Origin: an uncultured Candidatus Saccharibacteria bacterium
GTDB lineage: Bacteria > Patescibacteriota > Minisyncoccia > UBA6257
DNA: 64,000 bases
Assembly: GCA_964479005.1 (NCBI GenBank)
Contig: CAYZJA010000002.1
Location: 161,278 to 225,277, forward strand
Reading direction: 5' to 3'
Below, one piece after another: positions 29,624 to 39,676 of the stretch. The notes beneath the pieces were generated by a model. It saw only the letters and a list, made by a program, of their open reading frames with translations, did no database searches and was not told the origin of the DNA. Made by a program: the position numbers and the translations under genes. Each line of letters begins with the position of its first letter. The stretch's first letter is position 1.

Positions 29624-30489
29624 AGAAAATTATGAAAGTTTTAATACTTGGTGCAAATGGTCAATTGGGGAGTGAATTTAAGACTTTTTTGAAAGATAAA
29701 GCAGAAGTTTTTGCTTTTAATCATAATGAGCTTGATATCCTTGATTTTAAAGGACTTATCAATAAATTCTTTGAATTATCTCCCGATGTTATCATAAATT
29801 GTGCAGCTTATACTAAAGTTGACCAAGCAGAGGAAGAAGAAAATCTTGCTTATCAAGTAAATGCTGTAGGGGCAAAAAATATTTCCTTTGCTTCTTTTAA
29901 AATCAAGGCAAAAGTTGTTTATTTTAGCACTGATTATGTTTTTGATGGCACTCAAAATTCACCCTATAATGAATTTGACAAGCCCAACCCATTATCTATT
30001 TATGGTAGGTCAAAACTTTTTGGAGAAGAGTTTACAAAACAGTTTAATCCGAACCACTTAATTTTAAGAATTTCCTGGCTTTATGGAATAAATGGTTCAA
30101 ACTTTGTAAAGAGTATTATAAGACTTGCAAAAGAAAAAGGTGAATTAAAAGTTGTGAATGATCAATTTGGGACACCTACCTATACGCTTGATGTAGCAAA
30201 GCAAACTTGGAAACTTATTCAAGATGATAATGTTGGTTTGTATCATTCTTCAAATACTGAGCAAACGACTTGGTTTGAATTTGCAAAAAAGATTGTTGAG
30301 CAACTTAACCTTGATGCAAAAGTCTTTCCGATAAAGACTGATAAGTTTCCAGTATTAGCAAAAAGACCAAGCTTTTCTGTACTGGAGGACTATTTACTTA
30401 AAATTGAAAATAAAAATATAATGCGTTCTTGGGAAGAAGCGTTTAACGATTTCGTAAACAAATATAAAAAGAAACTTATAAATGAATAA
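29620..30489 (+). CDS. rfbD: dTDP-4-dehydrorhamnose reductase
   Basis: MKVLILGANGQLG…CAAYTKVDQAE…YSTDYVFDG…. Confidence 0.9.
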   Translation: MKKIMKVLILGANGQLGSEFKTFLKDKAEVFAFNHNELDILDFKGLINKFFELSPDVIINCAAYTKVDQAEEEENLAYQVNAVGAKNISFASFKIKAKVVYFSTDYVFDGTQNSPYNEFDKPNPLSIYGRSKLFGEEFTKQFNPNHLILRISWLYGINGSNFVKSIIRLAKEKGELKVVNDQFGTPTYTLDVAKQTWKLIQDDNVGLYHSSNTEQTTWFEFAKKIVEQLNLDAKVFPIKTDKFPVLAKRPSFSVLEDYLLKIENKNIMRSWEEAFNDFVNKYKKKLINE

Positions 30490-31501
30490 AACAATTTTAA
30501 TAACAGGTGGAGCAGGTTTTATTGGCTCAAACTTCATCCATTATTTTGTAAAAGAATATCCTGATTACAGAATCGTAAACCTTGATAAGTTGACTTATGC
30601 AGGAAACCTTGAAAATCTAAAAGAAGTTGATGATAATCCGAATTACCATTTTGTAAAAGGGGATATTGTAAACAGGGAACTTGTTGAGTATATATTTGAA
30701 AAGTTTAATCCTTGTTATGTAGTGAATTTTGCTGCAGAATCACATGTTGATAGAAGCATTGAAGGACCAGAGATATTTATAAAATCAAATGTTTATGGCG
30801 CACAAATTTTGCTTGATGTTGCAAAGGAGTTTTGGTTAAAAAACAAAATGTTTGGAGAAACAAGATTTCTTCAAATAAGCACCGACGAAATTTATGGCTC
30901 TTTGCCTTTGGAAAGCACCGCGAAGTTTACTGAGGAATTATCTCTTAAACCAAACAGTCCTTACTCTGCATCAAAGGCCGCAGCCGATTTATTAGTGAAA
31001 TCCTATCATTCAACATATAATATGCCCATATTAATTACTCGTTCCTCTAATAATTTTGGCCCAAGGCAATATCCAGAAAAACTTATTCCTTTAATGATTA
31101 CCAATGCTTTACAAGGAAAACCTTTGCCAGTTTATGGAGATGGTTTGAACGTGAGAGATTGGATATATGTTGAAGATAACTGCGGAGGTATTGATTTAGT
31201 GCTTCATAAAGGAAAAATTGGAGAAATTTATAATATTGGAGGCGGTAATGAAAGGAAAAACATTGACCTTGTAAACTTGATTTGCGAGATGCTTGCCGAA
31301 GTTACAGGAAAACCTGTTGAAGAATATAAAAAATTGATAATTTTCGTGAAAGATAGACCCGGACATGACAGAAGGTATGCATTGAGTATTGAAAAAATGA
31401 AAAGAGAACTGGGATGGAGCCCAACTACAGATTTCAAGAAAGGAATGGAAGAAACCGTTAAGTGGTTTATTGATAAATTTTCAATTGAAAGTAATAATTA
31501 A
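30482..31501 (+). CDS. rfbB: dTDP-glucose 4,6-dehydratase
   Basis: [14 protein letters not shown]…TDEIYGS…YSASKAAAD…[18 protein letters not shown]…. Confidence 0.9.
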   Translation: [339 protein letters not shown]

Positions 31502-31521
31502 TAAAAATTTACAACTTAAAC

Positions 31522-32535
31522 ATGATTTCAGTAGTCGTTGTTTATAACAATCAACGAACTTTAAACGAGATTTTATTAAAGAGCTTAAAAAATCAGACAG
31601 TTAAATATGAACTTATTGCTCTTGATAATACTAAAGGACAGTTTAAATCAGCGGCTGAAGCATTAAATTTTGGTGGGGAAAAAGCAACTGGAAAATATAT
31701 AATGTTTGTCCATCAGGACGTAGAGTTAGGTTCTGATTCATGGTTAGAAAAAGTTGAAAAGCTCTTGGATAATATACCTGATCTTGGAATTGCTGGTGTA
31801 GCGGGAATGAGTGAAAAAGGAAAAAGTAACAAGGAAAGGGGAAGGGGGTATATTAGTGATTCTGGCGAAATATGGCAATGGAGCAACTCTGTACAAAAGC
31901 CAGAAGAAGTCCAAACTTTAGATGAGTGTCTTCTAATAGTGCCAAAGGCTGTATTTGATAATATAAAATTTGATGAAAAAATATTTGATAATTGGCACTG
32001 TTATGGTGCCGATTATTCTTTATGCGTTAGAGAAAAAGGATTAAAAGCCTATGTAATCCCAGCTTTTATTTATCATAGGTCTTTAAGAGTAAATATAAAT
32101 GGGTTATTAAAATATCAAAAAATGTTATATAAAAAGTATCAAAAAAATTATAAACACATTTTTTTGACAACTGGTGAAATTTCTTGGGTAAAACTTATGT
32201 TGCGAACCATAGGAGCATTTTTACACCCTTTTTATAAGAAATTTTTTCCGACTTGGATAGAGAAACTAAAAAGAAAGCTTTCCGATTGCAAAACGGTTTT
32301 AGATTTAGGATGTGGTTACAATTCTCCAATTCAATATTGTAAAGTATCTTTTTCAGTTGGAGTTGAATTATTTGAACCTTATTTGCAAGAAAGCAAAAAA
32401 AGGGGCATTCATAACCAATATATAAAAGCAGACATTAGAAAAGTTGAATTCGGATCGAAATCTTTTGATGCTGTTCTATGTTTGGAAATTCTTGAACATT
32501 TACCAAATGATAATTTTATATTTATAAAAAAATGA
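31522..32535 (+). CDS. Two-domain protein: N-terminal GT-A (family 2-like) glycosyltransferase fused to a C-terminal class I SAM methyltransferase domain
   Basis: N-terminus VVVVYNN…LIALDNT…FVHQDVEL (DxD-like). C-terminus VLDLGCGYNSPI…AVLCLEILEHLPND (MTase motifs I and post-II). Confidence 0.55.
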   Translation: MISVVVVYNNQRTLNEILLKSLKNQTVKYELIALDNTKGQFKSAAEALNFGGEKATGKYIMFVHQDVELGSDSWLEKVEKLLDNIPDLGIAGVAGMSEKGKSNKERGRGYISDSGEIWQWSNSVQKPEEVQTLDECLLIVPKAVFDNIKFDEKIFDNWHCYGADYSLCVREKGLKAYVIPAFIYHRSLRVNINGLLKYQKMLYKKYQKNYKHIFLTTGEISWVKLMLRTIGAFLHPFYKKFFPTWIEKLKRKLSDCKTVLDLGCGYNSPIQYCKVSFSVGVELFEPYLQESKKRGIHNQYIKADIRKVEFGSKSFDAVLCLEILEHLPNDNFIFIKK

Positions 32536-33674
32536 AAATTTTATTCGTATCGCATTCCTCTAATTTATACGGAGCTGAGAGAGTTTTATTAGATCTAGTA
32601 ATAGGGTTGAGGGGTAAAAAGATAGAATCAATGGTAATACTACCATCTTTTGGTCCTTTATGTGAAAAATTAAAAAAAGAACAAATAAAATACAAAATCA
32701 TTCCTTTTAAAGGATGGGCATCAGGATCATCATCATTTTTTAAAAGAATTTTAAGGATTATCTTTAATATTTTTGCAGTACCTCGTTTTTATTTACTTAT
32801 TCGTAAAGAAAAGCCAGATCTTATTGTTACAAGCTCTGCCGTTACCCCTCCCATAGGAGCAATAGTTGCTTACATTTTTCACATACCTCATTTTTGGTAT
32901 ATCCATGAGCTTGTTGAAAAGAAGCAAGGCCTTAGCTATAATTTAGGTATTAATTTTTCAACTAAGTTAATTAATAAATTTTCTAAGTTAGTTATTGTTA
33001 ATTCCATTGCGGTAAAAAATAAATATAAAAATTATATTCCAGAAGGTAAGTTAAAGTTAATTTATTGCGGAATTGAATTAAAAGAAAAAGAGAGAGGTGA
33101 AATTGGAAACATTATTTTGAACCATTACGAAGATTACTTTCAACTTTGTACTGTTGCTTACATCAGCTCAGGCAAGGGCCAAATGGATGCGGTACGAACC
33201 ATCAACTTATTGGTGAAAGAAGGATATAAAGTTGTTTTGTTCATAGTTGGTGGTGGCGACTCAGACTATATTGCTGAAATAAAACAATTTATCAATATTC
33301 ACCACTTAGAAAATAATATATTTTTAAGCGGTTTTTTGGAAAATCCTAAAAAAATTTATGAAATAAGTGATGTTTCATTGATGTGCTCTCGGATGGAAGC
33401 ATTTGGGAGAGTGACGGTTGAAGCTATGTTGCACAAAAAACCGATTATAGGAGCCCGAAGTGGTGGTACCCTTGAATTAATCAAGGAAGGTTTTAATGGT
33501 TTTTTCTATGAACCAGGTAATTTTACAGAACTCGCAGAAAAGATAAAATATTTAATAAATAATAAAACAGAAAGACTGAAGATGGGTGAAAATGCTTATT
33601 GGTGGGCGAAGGAAAAGTTTTCTCTACAAAAGTTTATAGAAGAGTTTTATAAAATATGCCAAAAGTTTCTATAA
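32532..33674 (+). CDS. Glycosyltransferase family 4 (GT-B, group 1)
   Basis: C-terminal EAFGRVTVEAMLHKKPIIGARSGGTLELIKEGFNGF (E-x7-E region). Confidence 0.8.
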   Translation: MKILFVSHSSNLYGAERVLLDLVIGLRGKKIESMVILPSFGPLCEKLKKEQIKYKIIPFKGWASGSSSFFKRILRIIFNIFAVPRFYLLIRKEKPDLIVTSSAVTPPIGAIVAYIFHIPHFWYIHELVEKKQGLSYNLGINFSTKLINKFSKLVIVNSIAVKNKYKNYIPEGKLKLIYCGIELKEKERGEIGNIILNHYEDYFQLCTVAYISSGKGQMDAVRTINLLVKEGYKVVLFIVGGGDSDYIAEIKQFINIHHLENNIFLSGFLENPKKIYEISDVSLMCSRMEAFGRVTVEAMLHKKPIIGARSGGTLELIKEGFNGFFYEPGNFTELAEKIKYLINNKTERLKMGENAYWWAKEKFSLQKFIEEFYKICQKFL

Positions 33675-33763
33675 TAATTCTTAATTGGAATAGATATAAA
33701 AATAAAGAAATTATGAAAGACTCAAATCAAAACTGGGCTGGTACAGGTATACTATATATATGA
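33656..33763 (+). pseudogene. N-terminal stub (35 codons) of a GT2 glycosyltransferase (MPKVSIIILNWNR…), first of two repeated stubs
   Basis: Shares about 45 bp (CCAAAAGTTTCTATAATAATTCTTAATTGGAAT.GAT) with the second stub at 34641. Overlaps the GT4 stop. Confidence 0.55.
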
Positions 33764-33924
33764 ATATAGCAGTATTAGAATTTTTTTAGATAACTTTAAG
33801 AAGCAAGAATTTGCAAAAATGAAAAATGTCAGAAGATTTTTTTACTCGTTAAGAGAAGTAGGTTTTAAAAAAAACGATATCTAAGCTTATTTTAAAATTT
33901 ATAGAACACAGCGTTTATACGCAA

Positions 33925-34635
33925 ATGAATAATTTTAAAAGCGTTGAAGAATATTTTCAGAATAAAATAGGATTAGAAATAGGCGGACCAAGCAACTTCT
34001 TTACTAAAAATGGTTGCATGCCGATTTATCAGATTGTATCAAGATTAGATGGAGTAAATTTTTCCTCAACGACTGTTTGGACAGGGAGCATTGATTCGTC
34101 AAAAGGGTATTTGGTAGGGGGAAAATGTTTTGGAAAACAGTTTATTTTAGACGCAACTGATTTGTCAAAATTGGATAAAGGAACATATGATTTTGTTTTG
34201 TCTTGCAATAATATTGAGCATGTGGCTAATCCATTAAGGGCTATTGAACAATGGGTGTCTATGTTAAAATCAAATGGGGTTATCGTTATCGTTGCCCTTA
34301 GGAAAGAATCAAATTTTGATCATAATCGCAATATTGTAAAATTTACTCATCTTCTTGAAGATTATAATAATAATATTCAGGAAAACGATCTCGGACATTT
34401 GGAAGAAATATTGAAACTACATGATTTAACATTAGACCCACCGGCTGGCACGATAGAACAGCTTAAAGAAAGAAGTTTGAAAAATTTTGAAAATTGTTGT
34501 TTGCATCAACATATTTTTGATTTAAATGTTTTGTCTGAAATTTATATTTATTTCAAATTGTCAATTGTTGCAAAATTTGAGATTCAGACCGATTATGTGA
34601 TAATTGGCGTGAAAGATATCTTTATTAAAGGATAA
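33925..34635 (+). CDS. Class I SAM-dependent methyltransferase (type 11-like), candidate sugar O-methyltransferase
   Basis: …LEIGGPSNFF…VLSCNNIEHVANPLRAIEQWVSMLKSNGVIVI…. Confidence 0.6.
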   Translation: MNNFKSVEEYFQNKIGLEIGGPSNFFTKNGCMPIYQIVSRLDGVNFSSTTVWTGSIDSSKGYLVGGKCFGKQFILDATDLSKLDKGTYDFVLSCNNIEHVANPLRAIEQWVSMLKSNGVIVIVALRKESNFDHNRNIVKFTHLLEDYNNNIQENDLGHLEEILKLHDLTLDPPAGTIEQLKERSLKNFENCCLHQHIFDLNVLSEIYIYFKLSIVAKFEIQTDYVIIGVKDIFIKG

Positions 34636-34640
34636 AAAAG

Positions 34641-34715
34641 ATGACTCCAAAAGTTTCTATAATAATTCTTAATTGGAATGGATGGAAAGATGATAAATTT
34701 TTTTTTGAAATATAA
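34641..34715 (+). pseudogene. Second GT2 N-terminal stub (MTPKVSIIILNWNGWKDDKFFFEI*), ending in a T9 homopolymer just before the intact GT2 gene
   Basis: Near-identical 45-bp repeat of 33658-33703. Followed by the poly-T tract and the next start codon. Confidence 0.55.
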
Positions 34716-34717
34716 TT

Positions 34718-35623
34718 ATGAATCAATTTAAGGTTACAGCAATCGTAGTGGCTTACTTCCCGGAGAGTCAAATTATTACTGAGACTATACAAAGTATTTA
34801 TAAACAAGTAAGCCAGGTGTTGATTATAGATAATACTCCAAATGGCAGTAATGTGTTTCAAAATCTTAAATTATTAAGAGAAGATAATAACATTAAGCTT
34901 ATTACGCTTAACCAAAATACTGGTATAGCTCATGCTCAAAATGTTGGCATAAAAAAAGCGTTAGAGGATAAAGCTGATTTTGTTTTATTAAGCGATCAAG
35001 ATACTTTTTATCCAAGTGATTATGTGGATGAAATGCTCGAGGCATATTATAAGCTTGCTAATAGAGAAAAAGTAGCTGCCATTGCTCCTAATGTTTCTAA
35101 TGTAAATTGTGAGGGTAGAAAACAAATATTTATACAATTTAACGGTATTTTTAATAAAAGAATATATTTCCAAAATGGTTGCCATGAAATAACTGAAGTT
35201 ATGGCATCTGGCATGATTATTCCATCAAGAGTGTTCAATGATATTGGTTTTATGGATGAAGAGTTATTTATAGATTGGGTTGATTTAGAATGGGGCTGGA
35301 GAGCAAAGGCGAAAGGTTATAAATTAATTGGTTGCAATGACGTTGTTATTAGACACCATTCAGGGGAAGTGGTGATAAAGATTGGACGGCGTTTATATAC
35401 TACCTGGCCTCCGATCAGACATTATTATATAGTCCGTAACATGATTCATTTAGCTTTAAGAAGTAAATATATAACATTCGGGAGGAGATTAAACCTTTTT
35501 ATCAAATCTGTAAAATATATTGTTGGATATACTATTTTGGGTAAGCCCCACTGGAAATACTTTGCATATTCTCTAAAAGGTTTTTATCATGGAATTACAA
35601 AACAGTTAGGCCCTTATAAGTAA
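34718..35623 (+). CDS. Glycosyltransferase family 2 (rhamnosyltransferase-like)
   Basis: VTAIVVAYFPE…IIDNTPNG…LSDQD (DxD)…. Confidence 0.7.
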   Translation: MNQFKVTAIVVAYFPESQIITETIQSIYKQVSQVLIIDNTPNGSNVFQNLKLLREDNNIKLITLNQNTGIAHAQNVGIKKALEDKADFVLLSDQDTFYPSDYVDEMLEAYYKLANREKVAAIAPNVSNVNCEGRKQIFIQFNGIFNKRIYFQNGCHEITEVMASGMIIPSRVFNDIGFMDEELFIDWVDLEWGWRAKAKGYKLIGCNDVVIRHHSGEVVIKIGRRLYTTWPPIRHYYIVRNMIHLALRSKYITFGRRLNLFIKSVKYIVGYTILGKPHWKYFAYSLKGFYHGITKQLGPYK

Positions 35624-35646
35624 TAATTCTATAATTATCCTAAATT

Positions 35647-36678
35647 ATGTCTTATAATTTTTACACATTTTTTGATAAAAATTTCTTTTATAAAGGATTG
35701 ACTTTATACCGTTCTTTACAAAAAACTTGTAGCGATTTTGTTTTATTTGTTTTATGCGGTGACGAAATTACTTTTGATCTTTTGTATAAAATGAATTTGA
35801 ACAATGTTAAATTAATTACTTTACAAGAACTTGAAAAAGAAGATACTGATTTGTTGTTAATTAAAAATACTCGTACCCATATAGAATATTTGTGGACAAC
35901 CAAAGCTTCCCTATCATTATTTCTATTTAAAAAGTATCCTCAATTGGAAACATTATCATATCTAGATGCTGATTTATATTTTTTTAACAATCCTCAAGTT
36001 TTTTTTGATGAATTAAATAATGATTCTATTTTAATAATAAAAAGCGATCTTTCAATAGAGTATGAAAGATTATTATCACAAGCGCCATATAATACTCAAT
36101 TTATTATTTTCAAGAATAATCCAGAGAGTATTAAAGTTTTAGAATGGTGGCGTAAAAAACTTATTGAACGATGTTATGGAAGACCTAGTAGCTTGTTGTT
36201 TTGGAGGAATTATAGAAACAAAAAGATGCAAGGCGCAGATCAAATATATTTAAGTGATTGGACGACAAGATTCAAAGGAATTCACGTTTTACAAAATAAA
36301 AAATTTTGTTTAGGGCCTTGGAATGTAACTAAATACCATATTTTTTTGAAAGATAATATGATTTATGCAGAAGATACAAAATTGATATTTTATCATTTTC
36401 ATAGTTTTGAAATTAATAATGCGAATAGATTCACTTTAGCGGATGGTGCTTATAGAATCAATAAATCAGTGAAAGAATTGATATATCGTCCTTATATCGC
36501 AGAAATTAAATCAATACTCGAAGGTATCAAGAAACTAGATCCTAATTTTCACTATGGTATCATAAAGAAAACTCTCAAAAAGAGAATGAGATTCTTTGCC
36601 AAAAGAATATTCTATGATTATTATCGTTTTTTAAATTTATTTTCGAAAAATATAAATTATAAAAAGATTAATCTTTGA
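35647..36678 (+). CDS. Putative GT-A-fold glycosyltransferase with DxD motif (nucleotide-diphospho-sugar transferase-like)
   Basis: …LSYLDADLYFFNNPQ… (DxD). No TM segment. Glycan-cluster context. Confidence 0.4.
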   Translation: MSYNFYTFFDKNFFYKGLTLYRSLQKTCSDFVLFVLCGDEITFDLLYKMNLNNVKLITLQELEKEDTDLLLIKNTRTHIEYLWTTKASLSLFLFKKYPQLETLSYLDADLYFFNNPQVFFDELNNDSILIIKSDLSIEYERLLSQAPYNTQFIIFKNNPESIKVLEWWRKKLIERCYGRPSSLLFWRNYRNKKMQGADQIYLSDWTTRFKGIHVLQNKKFCLGPWNVTKYHIFLKDNMIYAEDTKLIFYHFHSFEINNANRFTLADGAYRINKSVKELIYRPYIAEIKSILEGIKKLDPNFHYGIIKKTLKKRMRFFAKRIFYDYYRFLNLFSKNINYKKINL

Positions 36679-36717
36679 TTAGTGAGTTCAATAAAAAATT
36701 ATTTTACTTGAATATTT

Positions 36718-38337
36718 ATGAAAATATTAACTGGTAAAAAGTGGCAAAATGGGTTTTTGGATTATTATCGTATAAGGAAAGAATACCGTATCCAGGTTTT
36801 AGCTTGGAAAAATTTGGAAAAAATAGAAGATGCATATTATATTAGGCCAAAAAGCTTAAAAATGGCTCTGAGATATTTACCAATAGTTGGCCCTTATGGA
36901 TTATTTACAAAAGCTTGGTCTCGATGGCGCGAACAAAGACGTAATGACAAATATGTTTCATGTGGCATAGGAAAAATTACCGAAATAGGGAATAATTCAG
37001 AATTTAAAGTTAATGATGTGGTGGCTTTTATTGCACCACTTCATCCTCCTTTAGTGGAACGCTTGACTCTGCCTAAAGAGTTTATTTTTAATATTGACAA
37101 AACAATTTTGCCTCAACTACCGCCTAAAGAAATTCTACTTTATCCCTTAGGGCAAAAAAATAAATCAAATCAATGGTGGGAAGAAGTTATTAGTTGGAGC
37201 ATTTATTCGGGAATAGATGTTTCAGAAGAATTAAGAAAAAAATTAGAGGAAGGTTTGATTAAGGAAATTCAAAATACTAAGTGGAATAATTGCGAAAAGT
37301 TTGATATTGAAACTCCAACAAAAATAAGAGAAATAAAGGGCGAGGTGAAAAAATTGGATCCCCAGAGAAAGACCGGAGTTCTTTTTGGTTTTGGCAATTA
37401 TGCCAAAACGAATATTGTTACTTTCATGAAATCTTTTGTTAATATTACTACTATCCATGAGATTGACCCCACAGAAATTTGGGAAAGAAGCGCCCAAAAA
37501 TGGGATTCAAGCCCTTTTCCTCGGAATAATGAAAAATACGATGTTTATTTTATAGCTAGCTATAATCACACCCATACCCCAATAGCGCTTTATGCCTTAA
37601 AACAGGGAGCATATGCGGTTGTTGAAAAACCAGTAGCAATGGATTATAAGGAATTAGAAGAAATTGAAAAAACATTAAGAGAGGTTGGGCCTAAGATTTT
37701 TATTGGTTTTCATAAAAGATATTCAGTTTTTAATGAATGGGCTTTTGAAGATTTAAATGCAAAACATGGTGAGCCAATTTCTTATCATTCTATTGTTTAT
37801 GAAATAAGCCAGCCTAAATATTTTTGGTATACATGGCCTGTTTCACGAAGTACTTTTCTTGCCAACGGTTGTCATCAGATTGATCATTTCTTGTGCCTTA
37901 ATAATTTTAGCAAACCTAAAGATTTTGATATTAAATTATTACAAGATAATGCAATTGAAGTATGGATAGAATTAGAAAATGGGGCAGTTTTTACCACAAC
38001 CTTTAGTGAAAAAGGTAGTACTAGAGTAGGACCAAGAGATCATGTCGAATTAAAAGTTCCTGGTAGAAATGTAAGAATAACTGATAATATTTTGTATCTT
38101 TCAGAAGATGAATCAAGGATTATTAGAAAAAAGAGAATGTTTAAGACAAACAGTTATCGAAATATGTATTTGAAAATTGGTGCTAAGATAGCTAATAACG
38201 AAGATGGGGATTCAATTGAATCAATTTTAGTTTCTACAAAATTAATGTTGGATTTAGAAGAAAGATTACAGAAAATGAAAGGTTGGGGTGATAGATATAT
38301 AAAGGCTAAAGAAAAATTTTGGGGATACTTTAAATAA
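36718..38337 (+). CDS. Gfo/Idh/MocA-family NAD(P)-dependent sugar oxidoreductase with an uncharacterised N-terminal extension of about 215 aa
   Basis: Rossmann core …GVLFGFGNYAKTN…YDVYFIASYNHTHTPIALYALKQGAYAVVEKPVA… begins near residue 218. The N-terminal part has no recognisable motif. Confidence 0.6.
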   Translation: MKILTGKKWQNGFLDYYRIRKEYRIQVLAWKNLEKIEDAYYIRPKSLKMALRYLPIVGPYGLFTKAWSRWREQRRNDKYVSCGIGKITEIGNNSEFKVNDVVAFIAPLHPPLVERLTLPKEFIFNIDKTILPQLPPKEILLYPLGQKNKSNQWWEEVISWSIYSGIDVSEELRKKLEEGLIKEIQNTKWNNCEKFDIETPTKIREIKGEVKKLDPQRKTGVLFGFGNYAKTNIVTFMKSFVNITTIHEIDPTEIWERSAQKWDSSPFPRNNEKYDVYFIASYNHTHTPIALYALKQGAYAVVEKPVAMDYKELEEIEKTLREVGPKIFIGFHKRYSVFNEWAFEDLNAKHGEPISYHSIVYEISQPKYFWYTWPVSRSTFLANGCHQIDHFLCLNNFSKPKDFDIKLLQDNAIEVWIELENGAVFTTTFSEKGSTRVGPRDHVELKVPGRNVRITDNILYLSEDESRIIRKKRMFKTNSYRNMYLKIGAKIANNEDGDSIESILVSTKLMLDLEERLQKMKGWGDRYIKAKEKFWGYFK

Positions 38338-38354
38338 CTGAATTTATCTTCTTT

Positions 38355-39569
38355 ATGAAGAAAAATATATTAATTATTTCAGATTCTTACCCCCCAGAAA
38401 TTCGTTCAGCAGCACAATTGATGAAAGATTTGGCCGAAGGTCTACGCGGCAAGGGATATAATATTTGGGTTGCTACTTCTTATCCAAAATACAACTTAGT
38501 GGATTCAGGAGATAGTGTTTGGCCTAAAATTGCAGATGAGGATGGAGTAAAGGTGTTACGTATTAAAACCCTATCCCACCACAAGGTAAATTTTATTATT
38601 AGAGGGATAGCTCAGCTTTTGATGCCCTATATTTTTTTTCGCGAGATTAAAAAAAATATTAAAGAAAAAATTGATATTACGATTGTGCACAGTCCGCCTC
38701 TACCATTAACAATTGTTGCTTCTAAAATAAAGAGATTTTATAAGGCAAAATATATCCTTAATCTTCATGATATATTCCCGCAAAATGCGATTGATCTGGG
38801 AATTTTAAGGAATAAATTTCTTATTAAGTTTTTTGAATGGATGGAAAGTAAGGCATATCAAAACCCTGATTTAATTGTTGTCCCTTCAAATGCGCATAAA
38901 AGATTTATTGAGGAAAAGAGAAATGTTCCAAAACAAAAAGTACACGTTATATATCACTGGATAGATATTGGTCCATTTTTGCAATTAAAAAAAACAGGCA
39001 AATTTAGAAAATTATATGATATAGAAGACAAATTTGTATTTTTATTTGGAGGGGTGATTGGACCGTCTCAAGGACTAGATTTATTAATTAGAATAGCAAA
39101 TAGAGTAAAAGAAAATAAAGATATAGTTTTTCTCTTAGTTGGTGATGGTTCGGCTAAAGATAGCTTAGTTAAGATGGCAGAAAAATTGAAGCTTAAAAAT
39201 ATTATTTTCAAGTCATTTGTTTCTTCAGAAGAATATCCAGAATTGGTTAAAGATTGTAATATTGGCGTAGCTTGTCTTACAGATAAAAATACAACGCCAG
39301 CAGTTCCAGCAAAGATTTTAGGATATATGGCGGCTAACATTCCAGTTGTTGGTTTTTTACATAAGGAAAGTGATGGTTTTGAAGTAATTTGGGAAGCCAA
39401 ATGTGGTTATGCCGTAAATGTTGGCGATCTTGATAAAGCAGTAGAAATCGTCAGAAAAATTTACAACGAGAAAGATAAATTAAAAGAATTAGGCAATAAT
39501 GGCTTTCAATATGCCTTAAATAATTTTACAATCGATGTTTGTTTAAATAAATTAGAAAAGCTATTTTAG
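38355..39569 (+). CDS. Glycosyltransferase family 4 (WbuB-like)
   Basis: MKKNILIISDSYPPE… N-terminus and a GT-B C-terminal domain (…FLFGGVIGPSQGLDLLI…VGDGS…). Confidence 0.75.
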   Translation: MKKNILIISDSYPPEIRSAAQLMKDLAEGLRGKGYNIWVATSYPKYNLVDSGDSVWPKIADEDGVKVLRIKTLSHHKVNFIIRGIAQLLMPYIFFREIKKNIKEKIDITIVHSPPLPLTIVASKIKRFYKAKYILNLHDIFPQNAIDLGILRNKFLIKFFEWMESKAYQNPDLIVVPSNAHKRFIEEKRNVPKQKVHVIYHWIDIGPFLQLKKTGKFRKLYDIEDKFVFLFGGVIGPSQGLDLLIRIANRVKENKDIVFLLVGDGSAKDSLVKMAEKLKLKNIIFKSFVSSEEYPELVKDCNIGVACLTDKNTTPAVPAKILGYMAANIPVVGFLHKESDGFEVIWEAKCGYAVNVGDLDKAVEIVRKIYNEKDKLKELGNNGFQYALNNFTIDVCLNKLEKLF

Positions 39570-39676
39570 AGTTTTATGATGTTTTTGTACCTAGAAAAGC
39601 TGAAATTAAAAGTATTTTTGATAGAGTAAATGGATTTTTGAGAAAAAATATCAAAAATAATGTATAATATAATTAT

